A DNA stretch of 60,826 nucleotides, filler included, from Dugesia japonica (taxonomy: Eukaryota): the NCBI GenBank assembly GCA_001938525.1. It is 6 parts of 6 records of this genome, joined end to end, with 100 filler letters (N's around TTAATTAATTAA, not from the genome) between each part and the next. Parts side by side here need not be neighbours in the genome. Positions count along the whole stretch, not along the records: positions 27,965 to 40,795 come from MQRL01589144.1; positions 40,896 to 50,682 come from MQRL01581542.1; positions 50,783 to 60,826 come from MQRL01600742.1; 3 more parts are not named here. The stretch is one strand, 5' to 3'. Below the pieces are notes generated by a model. It was given only the letters and a program-made list of their open reading frames with translations, was not told the DNA's origin and made no database searches. The translations under genes were made by a program, and so were the position numbers. Positions 40,521 through 53,383 of this stretch are shown one piece after another (position 1 is the first letter of the stretch; each line of letters begins with the position of its first letter).

Positions 40521-42043
40521 CAGTTAGTTCGAAAACAGGTGACCCATTTGTAGTAATTTTTGTAGTCTGGGCTTGTTCAAAACTCTATGTTTAAATAATT
40601 AATTAATTTTCAGTGAAATCAACCATCACTATTTTATCCTAGTGAGTAGGATATATTTCTGATAATTAAATTTTGATTTGACCAATATGTATGTTGTGAT
40701 TGATGTGACTCGTATGAACATTGTGTAGGAATGATATAATATATTTCTCGAATCATTGCATCACTTATATTCCCCATATTTAAGAATTTGATTGGNNNNN
40801 NNNNNNNNNNNNNNNNNNNNNNNNNNNNNNNNNNNNNNNTTAATTAATTAANNNNNNNNNNNNNNNNNNNNNNNNNNNNNNNNNNNNNNNNNNNNATTAA
40901 ATATTTATTTCAAATAAAATTCTGATTATACATTTCAATAGGAAGATTTGTTAAACTTTTTATTGATATCAATGAAAATTAAAAGAAAATTATCAAAAAA
41001 ACATGAAAAAAGAACTTTCATTGGGATAATGGTTTCAAACATATTTTAATTAGTTTATTTTACTGAATCTCTAAAAGAAAATGAAAATTGAAAACAGAAT
41101 TATACTTTTAGCTATCATTAAATATAATAAAATAAACATGTATTTATATTGGATATTAACAGACGAATGGGATTTATTTTATAACTCCGAAATGTATTTC
41201 TTTCATTAAAAAATTGAAATCCAACAATAACGAGTTAACTAGAAATATCAACCATTGAAATTTATATATACTTTTAGTTCTGTGACAAAACACTTCTAGT
41301 TGCAATATTTACATGATTGCATCAAATTTTGTAGCTGTCACAATACTAGGAAAAATGTACGGAGTTAATTTATTTTCAATAAAAACGCTTCTTATACAAA
41401 ATAAAATAAAATGGAATCATTCTCAAAATCAAAACTATTTTACCCAATTTTTATTTGTCAGCAAAGAATTTTTAGAAACTCCTTAAAAGATTTTTCAAAC
41501 AAAATTTCTAAAATAAATTTGTTTTTCTTCAATATTTGCTTTAATAATGAATCAATCATCACGAGTATCACAATACATAAAAAATATAGTAAAAAATCAA
41601 AATGTCAAACAATAATATATTATATTCAAAATTCGCGAATTAAAATGTCACGTAATAATAATTAATAGTAGTGATAAAGCAAAAATTTTAAAAAATACAA
41701 AATTAAATAAATCTCGGATTATTACTTTGAGACTTTAATAATTTCTTCTGATGTTTCTTTGGTATATAATATTGTGTATGTTTGCTCGTGTGAATATTAA
41801 AGTAGATTTTGATTAAACAATTTGTTTGAATGATAGAAAAATTGGACTTGTAATGCTATGTTAGGAATGTTCTTACAATAGATAACAAATAATATAACCA
41901 AATATATAACGATTTAATTGATAAACGAAATTAAAAGAACAACATATACAAATTAATATCTTATTAAACTGATAATTTAACTATAATAATTATTAACTCA
42001 TGAAATCAATAAAATTAAAATTAACAAAATAAGTAATTGTTAT

Positions 42044-44157
42044 TGTTGCGTCACTAAATTATTTGTTTTAATTAACTTTTTTGTGATAAAAATACAATTT
42101 TTAAATTCAAACTCTGCTGATTCTATTCGTTAATTATTATACAAAATAATTNGGAACACAANATTTTTGTCGGAAGTGTAATTTCAGAAAACAGTCATGT
42201 CTCAATCAAGTTTCCGAATTATTTTGAAAATTCTTCAGTATGGTTCAAGTAGAATGAAGCAATTTTTCAATTATCCAATATCTGTAGGCCAAGGACAATG
42301 TTCCTGCACTTGATATCAAACATTCCATAAAATATTCTTGACGAATTTCATGAACATCTGGACTTCAACGGTGACATGGCGTGTGAACACATGAAAGAAC
42401 CCATAATTCAAAGCAAAATCGGAAATCCACTTCATGTCACATGAAGAAAATATTTGACAAATCAATGCACCAGAGTGGTCGTCAATCAACAAAGACACTA
42501 AGGAAAATGTTGGGGCACTTCAAACAGATATCTGCAACAATGTAATGCTTCGTATCACATTCATTCAACATTTTCCTAAATCAATAGCACAACATCTAGC
42601 CTTACAGGACTCCATATCCATAAAAGATCTACGTCTGACGGCCAGTAATCTAAAGCAATGGAGCGATGCCACCACATCTACACCACCAACTAACAAAATA
42701 CAAAACAAAATTCTCACGAATAATAAAACACTGTGATAATGTTACCGTTGATGTATATAATTGCCTAGAAAGAATAAGTTGTTTCAGATTTGAAGAATTC
42801 CAGAAATTAAACAACTTCTCATAACGCGAGGCAAACAACTCTATAAAGATGGTCAAACAACGCTATCTATATCTCAATATGAAATTGGACATCAGAAGAT
42901 GGACAAGAGAATGTCTTAAATGCCAAAAAGCTAAAATATTAAGACAGACAAATCAACCTTAGGAATACTACAAAACTTAGGAAGCGTAATAGGTAAAAAT
43001 TATAGAAGCAGTGCCATTGGGTTAGATAACAAAAAAAATTTATTGAGGTTTTATAAAGAGAATGATTCAGCAGATTCAGTAGTCTGAAATATTAATCACA
43101 GATCAAAGGAAGCAATTCACTTCATCAACATTTCAAGACATGAGCAATAAAATTGGTATCAATAACATGATTACAACAATATATTATTCACAATACAATG
43201 AAAAAGTCGAGAGATTTCACAAAACCCTAGAAAACGCAGTCAGGGTGCACTGTATCAATGCCAAGAAAATACGGAACAAAGACCTTTTAAAAGTAATAAA
43301 AAACTGTTATTCATCACTATGACGAACTATCACCAGAAGAAGTAGATAAAAAAATAAAAATCAGCGACAATCAACACCGACCAAAAATTCAGAAATTAAG
43401 ACTTTATTTCCTAATGAATTATACGACTGCAAACATACTTCATACTGTAATTATAGCTATAATTATAGCTGTATATTATTATATACCAAAAATCAAATTT
43501 AAAGTGTATTATTTTGTTTCTTTATAAAGGCAAACGAATACACTATCTTAACATATTCATACGTTTACGATAAAGATATAATTTATATAATAATTGTATC
43601 GACATATAACAAAGGGTAAAATCAAAAAATCGTAAACTCATCAAACTTATCGTCAATTATTTAGCTTTAATATTCGAACCATAAACTCAACAGATAATTC
43701 AACTATACGGTTTCTAGGGGACTTGCAAATTAGAATTCATTTTGACGAACTATAACAAGAAGTAGATAAAAAAAATCAAAATCAACGATAATCAACACCG
43801 ACCGAGGATGCACAAATGTAAGACTCTCTTTACTAATGAATTAAACGACTGTAAAGAAGAGTGGTTGAAAATTGAAAACCCGAGAAGTTTACAATTCTTA
43901 TGTGAAGGCCCATTCAAAGTAATCGATAGAAGTGCAGATATGAAAGACTTCAAAATCTAGATCAATGGCGAATCAAAAAATGTCTCCGTAGATCATCGAA
44001 AGCCAACAAACAATCATTTTGAAATTACTCAGTGATTCTGTTGGGGGCAGTGTTGCGTCATAAATAATTTGTCTTAATTAACTTTTTATAAAATTACAAT
44101 TATTAAATTAAAATTCTTTGCTGATTCTTTTCGTTAATACAAAATAATTTGAACACA
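42044..44157 (+). mobile_element. Internally deleted Ty3/Gypsy element with two ~110-bp LTRs (42044-42160, 44051-44157)
   Basis: tgttgcgtca..gaacaca LTRs; PPT gggggcag; gag FPNY..WF..EA.F; integrase ..RWTRECLKCQKAK, DQRKQFTS, VERFHKTL; no RT. Confidence 0.88.
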
Positions 44158-44732
44158 ACTTTTCTATTATAATAATTTGAATTTTGTTAAAATGTACGGA
44201 TTATCGACAAGCAGATCTTTTTAAATTTGGTGAAATACATTTTTTGAATGATTTAATTTTTACTTTATTAAAAACAGCAATTAAAAATTTTCTTGTTAAT
44301 AACAATGAATCAAGAAAAATAATTGACAATGATGGCTTTAAATTAAAATGTTTCAATAATTTTAGCTATATGAATAGATATCACTAAAGTTTCTTTCAAA
44401 GTTAAGCTCTTAACGAAACCCTTATTAAAGTAATTGTTAATATAGTTCACTTTATCATAAGAAAGTTTTACTTCACATTCTGAGCGCAGATAAAGCCTTT
44501 GCCAAATGTAGTTTTGCTGATTGCTTCATACTTATATTCATGCATATGTATCTATACATATTTGGATATTTGCAAATAGTTAGATTCACAAATTTTAAAA
44601 TCTGTTTCATTAATAAAAACCCATAATAAAATAATAAGTTCTTCAGTGACACACGCATCCAGCGTTAATGACAACTGATCATNNNNNNNNNNNNNNNNNN
44701 NNNNNNNNNNNNNNNNNNNNNNNNNNNNNNNN

Positions 44733-45631
44733 ACGATAATCAACACCGACCGAGGATGCAGAAATGTAAGACTCTCTTTACTAATGAATTAAACGACTGT
44801 AAAGAAGATTGGTTGAAAATTGAAAACCCGAGAAGTTTACAATTCTTATGTGAAGGCCCATTCAAAGTAATCGATAGAAGTGCAGATATGAAAGACTTCA
44901 AAATCTAGATCAATGGCGAATCAAAAAATGTCTCCGTAGATCGCCGAATGCCAACAAACAAACATTTTGAAATTACTCAGTGATTCTGTTGGGGGCAGTG
45001 TTGCGTCACTATATAATTTGTCTTAATTAACTTTTTATAAAATTACAATTTTTAAATTAAAATTCTTTCCTGATTCTTTTCGTTAATACAAAATAATTTG
45101 AACACAATTTTTGTATTATAATAATTTGAATTTTGTTTAAATGTACGGATTATCGACAAGCAGATCTTTTTAAATTTGGTGAAATACATTTTTTGAATGA
45201 TTCAATTTTTACTTTATTAAAAACAGCAATTAAAAATGTTATTGTTAATAACAATGAATCAAGAAAAATAATTGACAATGATGGCTTTAAATTAAAATGT
45301 TTCAATAATTTTAGCTATATGAATAGATATCACTAAAGTTTCTTTCAAAGTTAAGCTCTTAACGAAACCCTTATTAAAGTCATTGTTAATATAGTTCATT
45401 TTATCATAAGAAAGTTTTACTTCACATTCCGAGCGCAGATAAAGCCTTTGCCAAATAAAGTTTTTCTGATGCCTCCATACTTATATGCATGCATATGTAT
45501 CTATACATATTTGGATATTTGCAAATAGTAAGATTCACAAATTTTAAAATCTGTTTTATTAATAAAAACCCATAATAAAATAATAAGTTCTTCAGTGACA
45601 CACGCATCCAGCGTTAATGACAACTGATCAT
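44733..45631 (+). repeat. Near-identical duplicate of ~43785-44682 across a gap
   Basis: Same integrase end, LTR and flank with scattered substitutions; probably an uncollapsed haplotype. Confidence 0.85.
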
Positions 45632-46599
45632 ATGCAACCCGTTGATACGCTACTGACTTATAAACACGAGAATATTTTCGAACAGTATCTTTTCATATTT
45701 TGAAAAAATTCAAATAAACAAAATATTACCATCGGTTCATCAACTTCTACATCTGATTCATTGAAAAATAGATCGATACAACTATTTAAAGTTACCGAAG
45801 AATTTGATTTCTGAAAAAAAGTTCTACTATAATAAATAAACAATTAATTAAGTATAATAAAAAAATTAATTTTTAAATTTTATTAACAATGTCAGTTTAA
45901 TGAAAAATACTAAATAAATTTAACTCAAAAATGAAAATAAGTATTTTCCGAAAATTATTAGTATGAAAACTGAATAACAAGCAGAGATAGTTTTATGATT
46001 ATTATTGAAACAAAACAAAATTATTTAGAAGCTACATCTGATTAAATACGTTCTTTTCGATTACTTGGCAATATTTATAATTTTAATATAAATAGTAATA
46101 ATGCAGTGAAATTTAGTGATCTTATGCCTGGAATTCAATAAATAAATGTTTTATGCTCTCGAAAGACTTAACTACCAATTAATTTTGAAAAATGATGGTT
46201 GATAGAAAAGTTTTTCTTATACCGTATTTATTATAATGTTAATTGAATCAATAATAAATAATGTTAATATTGTTTAAATTATACGTATTTATAACCCAAT
46301 CAAATTCAAATGGAAACAGTTGATTAAATAAATGACCAACTTAGATTTTTCTTTGAAATGATAAATATAAATTTTTAGAATTATAATTTGAAGATAATTC
46401 AGAAATCATTTTTACAAAATTTATTCACTAATAAATTATAATTTTACATTATAATTAATTACAATAAAAAATTAGTTATTAAGTTGCAATTTTCAATTAT
46501 AAATTTATAGATAGCAAAATAAAATTATATCAAATATAATCTTCAAATATAAAATTTAATAAAATCCAACTCTAATTAAATTACCTCTTAATAATAAGA

Positions 46600-47275
46600 A
46601 ATGTGCCCAAATTATGCAAAATACAATAAAAAATTGAAACTCAAACACAATCCAAGAATAACATTCAAATCGCAAAAGCACCTTTGGGTATCTAATTATA
46701 AAAACAAAGACAACACTTTTGTGGTTCCAAACTCATTTGTGTTAGTAGAAATATATGCAATAAGAGAAATTTCACTTAAAAAATAATATGTACCGTATGT
46801 AAAGATATATTTGGAGATAGATATGAAGAACCATCCGAACAAGAATCAAATAACATCTTAAACAGAAAGAAAGTGAAGTCTTCAAACACTTTCAACACAA
46901 ACATAAAATTTCACCAGAACAACATCATAAAACACGGAAAAAATTAGACATAGGCTACACTTTTACACTTAAGAGGAAGAAACATGAAGAAATTTTAATC
47001 AAAGATGATAAACCTAAAATAAATGTAATTTTTAATAATTAAAATAAATGACCCAATAAAAAAGTTAGTAAAAGAAAATAAATTTTGAAATAATTTCGAT
47101 TTAAACTTGAATAAATCAAAAAGTCTAATTTTCTTGATGAAGTCGAAAATTTGGATAACTAACAAAGGAAAAGAAAGAAAAACAATATTTCGATCAAAGA
47201 TTTTAAATTAATAAAATCTTAAATACGATCAATGGTTAAGTCCAACAAATATTCTCACAATAATTGTAATTATAT
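46600..47275 (+). mobile_element. Penelope-like element 3' remnant (GIY-YIG tail plus terminal repeat)
   Basis: HKHKISPE..KLD..RKKHEEILIKDDKPKINV resembles the GIY-YIG C-terminus, followed by degenerate tgatgaagtcgaaaattt and the repeat shared with 150-260 and 5460-5610. Confidence 0.5.
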
Positions 47276-47894
47276 GATAAATAATAATACAGTAGACTCT
47301 CGAAATTCAGAGCTAAAGATGGGGAAAAAAGCAACGGATAATCAGAAAAAAACGCATAATTCAAATGAATTTTTCTGAAGTATTAATAAGTATATAACTA
47401 AACTAAAAAATTTTCGATTTCCAATTTTATTGGTCGAATTTTGGCTCAAAAATTCGAATTTTAGTGTATAATTTTTTCGGTCAATTTTTATTGCATGGAT
47501 TCAAATTTAGTATGGTTGAACTCGGAATTAAATTCTCTATATGGGTATCACATTACTTTTATTAGGTTCTCACAAAAAGGTAGTAGCGCACTAAACCGCT
47601 TTAAATTGTTTAATAAATTTTTCGTTAAAAAATTATCGTATCGCTTCGCAAATAATACTATTCGATTCAGAATAAAATTCTGAACATATTTTTTGTAAAA
47701 ATATGCTTTGTTCTCAAAATAGAAAATTGGCACTTTGGATAAAAAATTATTTACTATAGAAATACTTATAATAATCAAACAAATTTAGTATTGCTGAACC
47801 CAGAATAAAAAACTGAGCATATTTCATATAGAGTTTGCTTTATAAAAATTTTTGCTTCTCTGGGAAAAGGGTGTGCAGAACGGGATCACTTGTA

Positions 47895-48689
47895 TGTAAG
47901 ATAGTTTTTAAAACAGATTTAATATTTTTGTATTTTAAAAAAGGAATTTATGAAAATCAAATTTGTATTTAAATTTGTATCAGAAAAATAATTTATAAAA
48001 TACATTTTAAAATTTAAAGATATTTTGAATAGAATAATATATGAAATGAAATAAATGAAATATGTTTTTTAGAGTATTTAAAAATTGGATATTAATAAAA
48101 TTTTAAAATCAAAATATATTTTGAATAGAATAAAATATAAAATTAAATGAATGAAATGTTTTTTTAGTGTATTTTAAAAGTGGATAGTTAAAAATTTTAA
48201 AATTATAATATTTAGTATTTTCCGTTTTTAAATATGAATTTTTAAATTTGTTTGAAAAAAGCAAATTTATGCTTATANNTTTGTTTGNGAATAAATTTTG
48301 TTATGGAATCGAGTTTTGATATTAATGATCCGATGAGTACTTCAAACTCATCTAACATGGTGGAACCGGTAAACACCTATGCGATCACATAGAGATTGTT
48401 GCTAAAAATATTTTGTAGAGTCGAAAAAAAAAGCGAAGAGAAGTTTATTAAATGGTGTGAAATATACTTCGAGGCAAAGAACATCGTTATTAAGAAAGAT
48501 CAGGAGCGTTGGATAACACGTATGCTTCATGAAGATTTAATGGGAGAATATGTGAAAACATTGAAGAAAGCTGACGGATATCGAGAGAGATTACGATTAG
48601 CTTTTGAGAGCAAGAGAGATGTAATAAAAGATTTGCAGAATCTTGTAAGCTATCGACGTGGTGATGAAGACCTTGAGGCGTTTTTATGA
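47895..48689 (+). mobile_element. 5' LTR (47895-48357), primer-binding site (tggtggaacc, 48358) and gag fragment
   Basis: TG..CA LTR directly followed by TGG; gag-like EKFIKWCEIYFEAKNI ORF. Confidence 0.75.
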
Positions 48690-48899
48690 CTTTCATATTT
48701 CACATATGGTTTACTGTAAAAAATGCGTGGTTCTCAAAATAATATATAATTATATAATTAATTATTAATCATAATTATTATTAAAATAATAATAATTTTT
48801 CAAATATTTTTAGACCATTCAACTCAGATATAAAAACTCTAAAGAAATATAATTTTACTTTTCTCAAAACATGCTTAATTCTCTCAGAAAGAGCTGTGA

Positions 48900-49975
48900 G
48901 GTTTAGTTTATCAGGTAAATGACGGTTTGAAAAACGAGAAAAATCGAACAAATATGGACAGACCCGAAAAATCCAGCAGGGTTCAAATGAGTGGAAAAAC
49001 TATGGAAAGCAAAACACAATTCGAAAAGCGAGACAAAAAAGTGGTTATCGAACAAGATATCGTTCAGTCTGAACAAGCCAATGTTGAAAAGATTCTCAAC
49101 AAGACCGTATAAAACCTATGGTATTGATGATTTATGGCAAATGGATATAATGGAAATGATACATTATTCGAGAATTAATAAAGAATACAAGTATATTTTG
49201 ACATGTGTTCTTTAGTAGATTTGCAAGAGTTGTAACAATAAAATCAAAATCTGCTAATGAAATGGAAGCTGGAATCAAAACAATTTTTAAAGAGGGGCAT
49301 TTAGATAACTTACAAACTGATTTGGGAAAAGAATTTTATAATTCAACGGTCAAGAATATTATTAATCATCTCAAGATTAATAATTATTCTGTATTTTCAC
49401 AATACATAGCAGTATAAGTTGAAAGATTTAATCGAAAATTGAGAGATGCATTGAAAAAGTACTTTGTACATACTGGTAATAAAATTAAATAATAAAACCT
49501 GGATAGATGTGTTACCGAAAGTAATAGTTATAATCATACAAGTCACAGAGAATTAAATGTAGCTAGACTCGTTATCAGTTAGACCCGTCTGATAATTCAA
49601 TGAAATTATGGCTTTTGAGACAACAACCAAAAGAAATCAAGAAACCAAAATATAAAGTTGGTGATCATGTTAGAATATCAAATATATCAGCTTCATCATT
49701 CATCAAGAATTTCGAAAGGAATTGGAGCGATAAAGTGTTTGAAATAACAAATACAAAGCAGAATCTTATCACGTATGTGAAACAAATATCATTGTTGGAA
49801 AATTCTATGAACAAATATAACAAATTATTCCATAACCGAGAGTATTTAGAAAAGAAAAGATTGTCAGATTAAATGAAATTGGATAAACAATTATATGTAA
49901 AGTATCATGGATATGAAAAACAAAGTTGGATATCAGAAGCTCAAGTAGTAAATTTAACAAAGAAGAATAAAAATG
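48900..49975 (+). pseudogene. Maverick/Polinton retroviral-like integrase with C-terminal chromo-like domain
   Basis: GIDDLWQMDI..YKYILTCV, LQTDLGKEFYN, VERFNRKL, KYKVGDHVRIS..NWSDKVFEI, YVKYHGY..SWI. Confidence 0.92.
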
Positions 49976-50350
49976 AGCAAAACGACTAATTTCTATACAA
50001 CATTACAGAGTAATAGTTGTCCACGTACTCATCCTGATAATAAAGCAAGTAGATTCATAGTTGTACTAGAAAAACATATTTACTTGAATGAATAATGGGA
50101 AGTAGCATTGATGGACTTTACCTTTATATATTTTGCCTTTCAATTATATAATAAATCATACATAAAATATATGTAACAATTGATGATTATGAGAGGAATG
50201 TAGAAATCATAATCAATAACAAAGAAAAATCATTTTTGGTTAATGATATTGGTTTTGGGATAATTGATAAAAAAAATCATTATTAATCGCATTAAAACAT
50301 CATGATTATGTTGAAATATTTGGCAATTAAGAATATGCCAAAAGACTTCG
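49973..50350 (+). pseudogene. Maverick penton N-terminus of a second lineage
   Basis: NFYTTLQSNSCPRTHPDNKASRFIVVLEKHIYLNE*WEVALMDF matches FY.TLPSN....PDN..S.F...L...I.L...WEVAL. Confidence 0.8.
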
Positions 50351-50782
50351 ATTTAATACTTTAAGGAATGATATAGATACCTATTCTTGAGAGAACTTTC
50401 ATGTCTTGGTTGACAGAGTATACTACTCCAGTTAGAAAAGGTGATGATTTGGAAACTTCCAGTTTAACAATTTGTAATATTTTATAAAGTATGTCTTCAT
50501 AAAGAAAGTTTTCCATAAGTTCTGTATTTAACATAGTGAAAAGCTTAGTATTTTGAAAGCTATCTTTTAGTTCATGATATTTCCGAACATTCATTGTCTA
50601 TCTTGCTGTTGTAGTAAAATGGTCTTTAAGTAATATTTTCTAATGGTATATGGTTTGTAATCTCTGCATCTGGTTTTTGAGCNNNNNNNNNNNNNNNNNN
50701 NNNNNNNNNNNNNNNNNNNNNNNNNNTTAATTAATTAANNNNNNNNNNNNNNNNNNNNNNNNNNNNNNNNNNNNNNNNNNNN

Positions 50783-51070
50783 ATGAATCAGTTCCTTGGC
50801 CATCGTTTATTATTTTCGTTGTTCGGATTACCGCTTTTTTACTTTGTTGGCTTTTTATTTCCTCGTTATCTCTTGCTGTAGTTCTAGTTCTTTCGTCCTT
50901 CGCACGAATTTTGGTCTTCTTATCCAATTTTGGCTTTCGTCATTCTTTTCTCCAAATAGATTATGCCTTTCTTGTCCGATTTCTTCATTTTCTTTTCTTA
51001 GGTAGATTTTTCAAAGTTCGTGTTTACTTACGCCATTTTATTTGCCTTAATCTGGTGTTTCACCCCAACA
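50783..51070 (+). mobile_element. Right end of LTR-like unit (..gtttcaccccaaca)
   Basis: Same terminus at 18718, 58339 and 60090. Confidence 0.8.
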
Positions 51071-51091
51071 ATACTAAGAAAGTAATAATAC

Positions 51092-53160
51092 TGTTGGGGT
51101 ACTACCTGACTTTTGTGGCGGAAAAATGGAAAAACAGCCCTCAGGGAACCCTTTCAAGAATTTAACCTAAAGTCTCTTATTTAGGCTTTCAGTGTAGAGC
51201 GGTTGACTTTTTATTTTATGAGAGGTACACACCCGTACACCTTTAATTCGGGTCCATACTTTTCGTTTCTCTTATGCATAAGATTCAAAGAAAACTAGTT
51301 GAAAAGTTCTATTGACATAACAGTTACATTTCTTCCAACGCACTAGGATCTAACCACTGATCTGGATCGGTCGTCACAAAATTGAAGGCGGCGACGTCGT
51401 CGTTGTCGTCCCATTGCACCCAAGTGGGGTTACCAATTTGACATGACAGGTCGGCTATATATTGTTTTAAGAAATCTACTTTCCGTTGCAATATCTGGGT
51501 ATTCTGTGCTTTGAAAGCCTTAGTTTTTTTCGGCCAAGTCATTTTGTTTCTTAACCACTGAATCTAACTTCTTGATCAATTGATCTCGCTCAGAGAGATG
51601 TCTTAACAGAGCCCGGTCGGTTTTACGCTTTAAATGGCGTTCTAGCAACAGACGGCGCATGATCCGATGACATCTCCGCAAACTATTTGGAAAAAAAAAT
51701 TCGTGGCACTAAATTATTAATCATTAATAATAGGGAAAAAACAATGAATATTATCGATATCAAACTAGTCTAGTCAAAATTTAGGTGATATACGCTAAGG
51801 CAAAGATTATAACACTCGATTATTTATTTACAGAAACAGAAAATTTAGTCACGCGATATGGATTTTGCCTGCGTGCTCTTATCAACCATGAGGGGTTCTA
51901 GGTAGGATTTTTTTAAAGATGCAGGATATCCTTGACCAGTTTATTTTCACGGTCATGGCTGGACTGGATAATCTCGGCGAACGACTCTACCTGGGATTTC
52001 CAAATTCTTTCTTTGTCGTGCGCAGCTTCCATCTCTTTGCGTACGTTAACAAATTTATTCCTATAACGCTTCACTTTTGCGTTCGCAGTGGATATCTCAG
52101 CTTCAAAACGGCGTTTTGCCAGCCGATATAACTCCCAGGACATTTCGGTGTCATCACTGGAGTCTCTCATCTGCTTATTGGGGGCCGATGGTCAGTTTAA
52201 TGATGAATGCACTGTAACATAAATACAATAAAATAATGGAATCTAAATAGGACTGGCTATGGTTCAAAAAGTAAAAACAGAATGGGGTCTTAACCAATCA
52301 AGTAATAAAAAGACAGAGAAAAGCAAATTCTTAATTAAATCTTTATTTCAAATTAACTAGGTTACACTAACACCTCTGAGATTTCCTCCTCGGCGTTTTC
52401 GTTGTTATTACTAGACATATCATTACAGGCACTCCATAAATAGTTCTGAACGAATTGGGTTGCTGAGGGCAGGCTACTGGTAGTCATGCCTACTAAAGAA
52501 GGTCCATTATGCCATATACGTTCTACTTGTTGTGCTTTCCGATTTCTCTCAAAAGAAAGCGGTGCCGGGGGAAAAACAACCCGGTCTCTTTTAGGACCAG
52601 TCCAGTCGTAGTATGCGTGTCTCTCGGTTGCATTCCAGTGTATCTCTGTTATTGCCTGGTCAAACGGCAAGTTTGATCTTTCTACCAAAACTCCTGCATC
52701 TCGGTCGTAGAGGTTTTGATATTTTTTAAACACTGTGCGTCCTGAATTAATGTCGAGACTAATCTCCCATTTATACTACATCTATTAAAGTGAAAATATT
52801 TAAAGTAACATTCGCAAATACAAATCTCGCAATAATGAACACAAAAGTAAAAATTTTATTCGGTACGAATTAATTTAACATGCAATTTCTTATTCCCCTC
52901 AGACTCTATTTGATCTTCCAGAGGAAACATCTCTGCAAAACACTGAAGATCAGTTTCGTTTGGATGTTTGATTTTCCCATTAGTCAAAAAATGAGCTATT
53001 AACTGTCAAAATCGAGCGGTTTGGCGTTGTTGTCTTATTCATCGCAGGGTATGGCGCAGTTCTGCTGACAATAGCTAAAAATAATAAATGTATACTGGTT
53101 AAATTCAAAGTTTGAGTTCTCATAAACTATCTAAAGACACGTAGCATAGAAGTGTAGTAA
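51092..53160 (+). mobile_element. Truncated left half of LTR-like unit with antisense 4-ORF cassette (copy 1)
   Basis: Starts tgttggggt; colinear with 53384-55500. Minus-strand ORFs D ~52885-53074, C 52362-52781, A 51845-52211, B 51324-51708. Confidence 0.8.
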
Positions 53161-53383
53161 TATCATTAGTGGCCTTGTAGTATTCAATATTTTGTTAATA
53201 ATATCTAGAAAAATAATGTTGGGTGTTTTAGTATTATTGGTAATAATGATGATAAAAAATTTTTAAATACTTTTCAAGATGATATCAATACTAATAATAA
53301 TGGTAAGAATAAATCCTAATAATAATTATTATTAATGATAATAGCAATAGTAATATTAATAATAATAATAACAATAATAATAA

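Noticed and set aside
8837-50738. Recurrent TTAATTAATTAA motif as a biological signal
   Set aside because: It always sits inside N runs and is a six-frame-stop assembly linker. It also means cross-linker synteny (e.g. joining the two Maverick parts) cannot be inferred.
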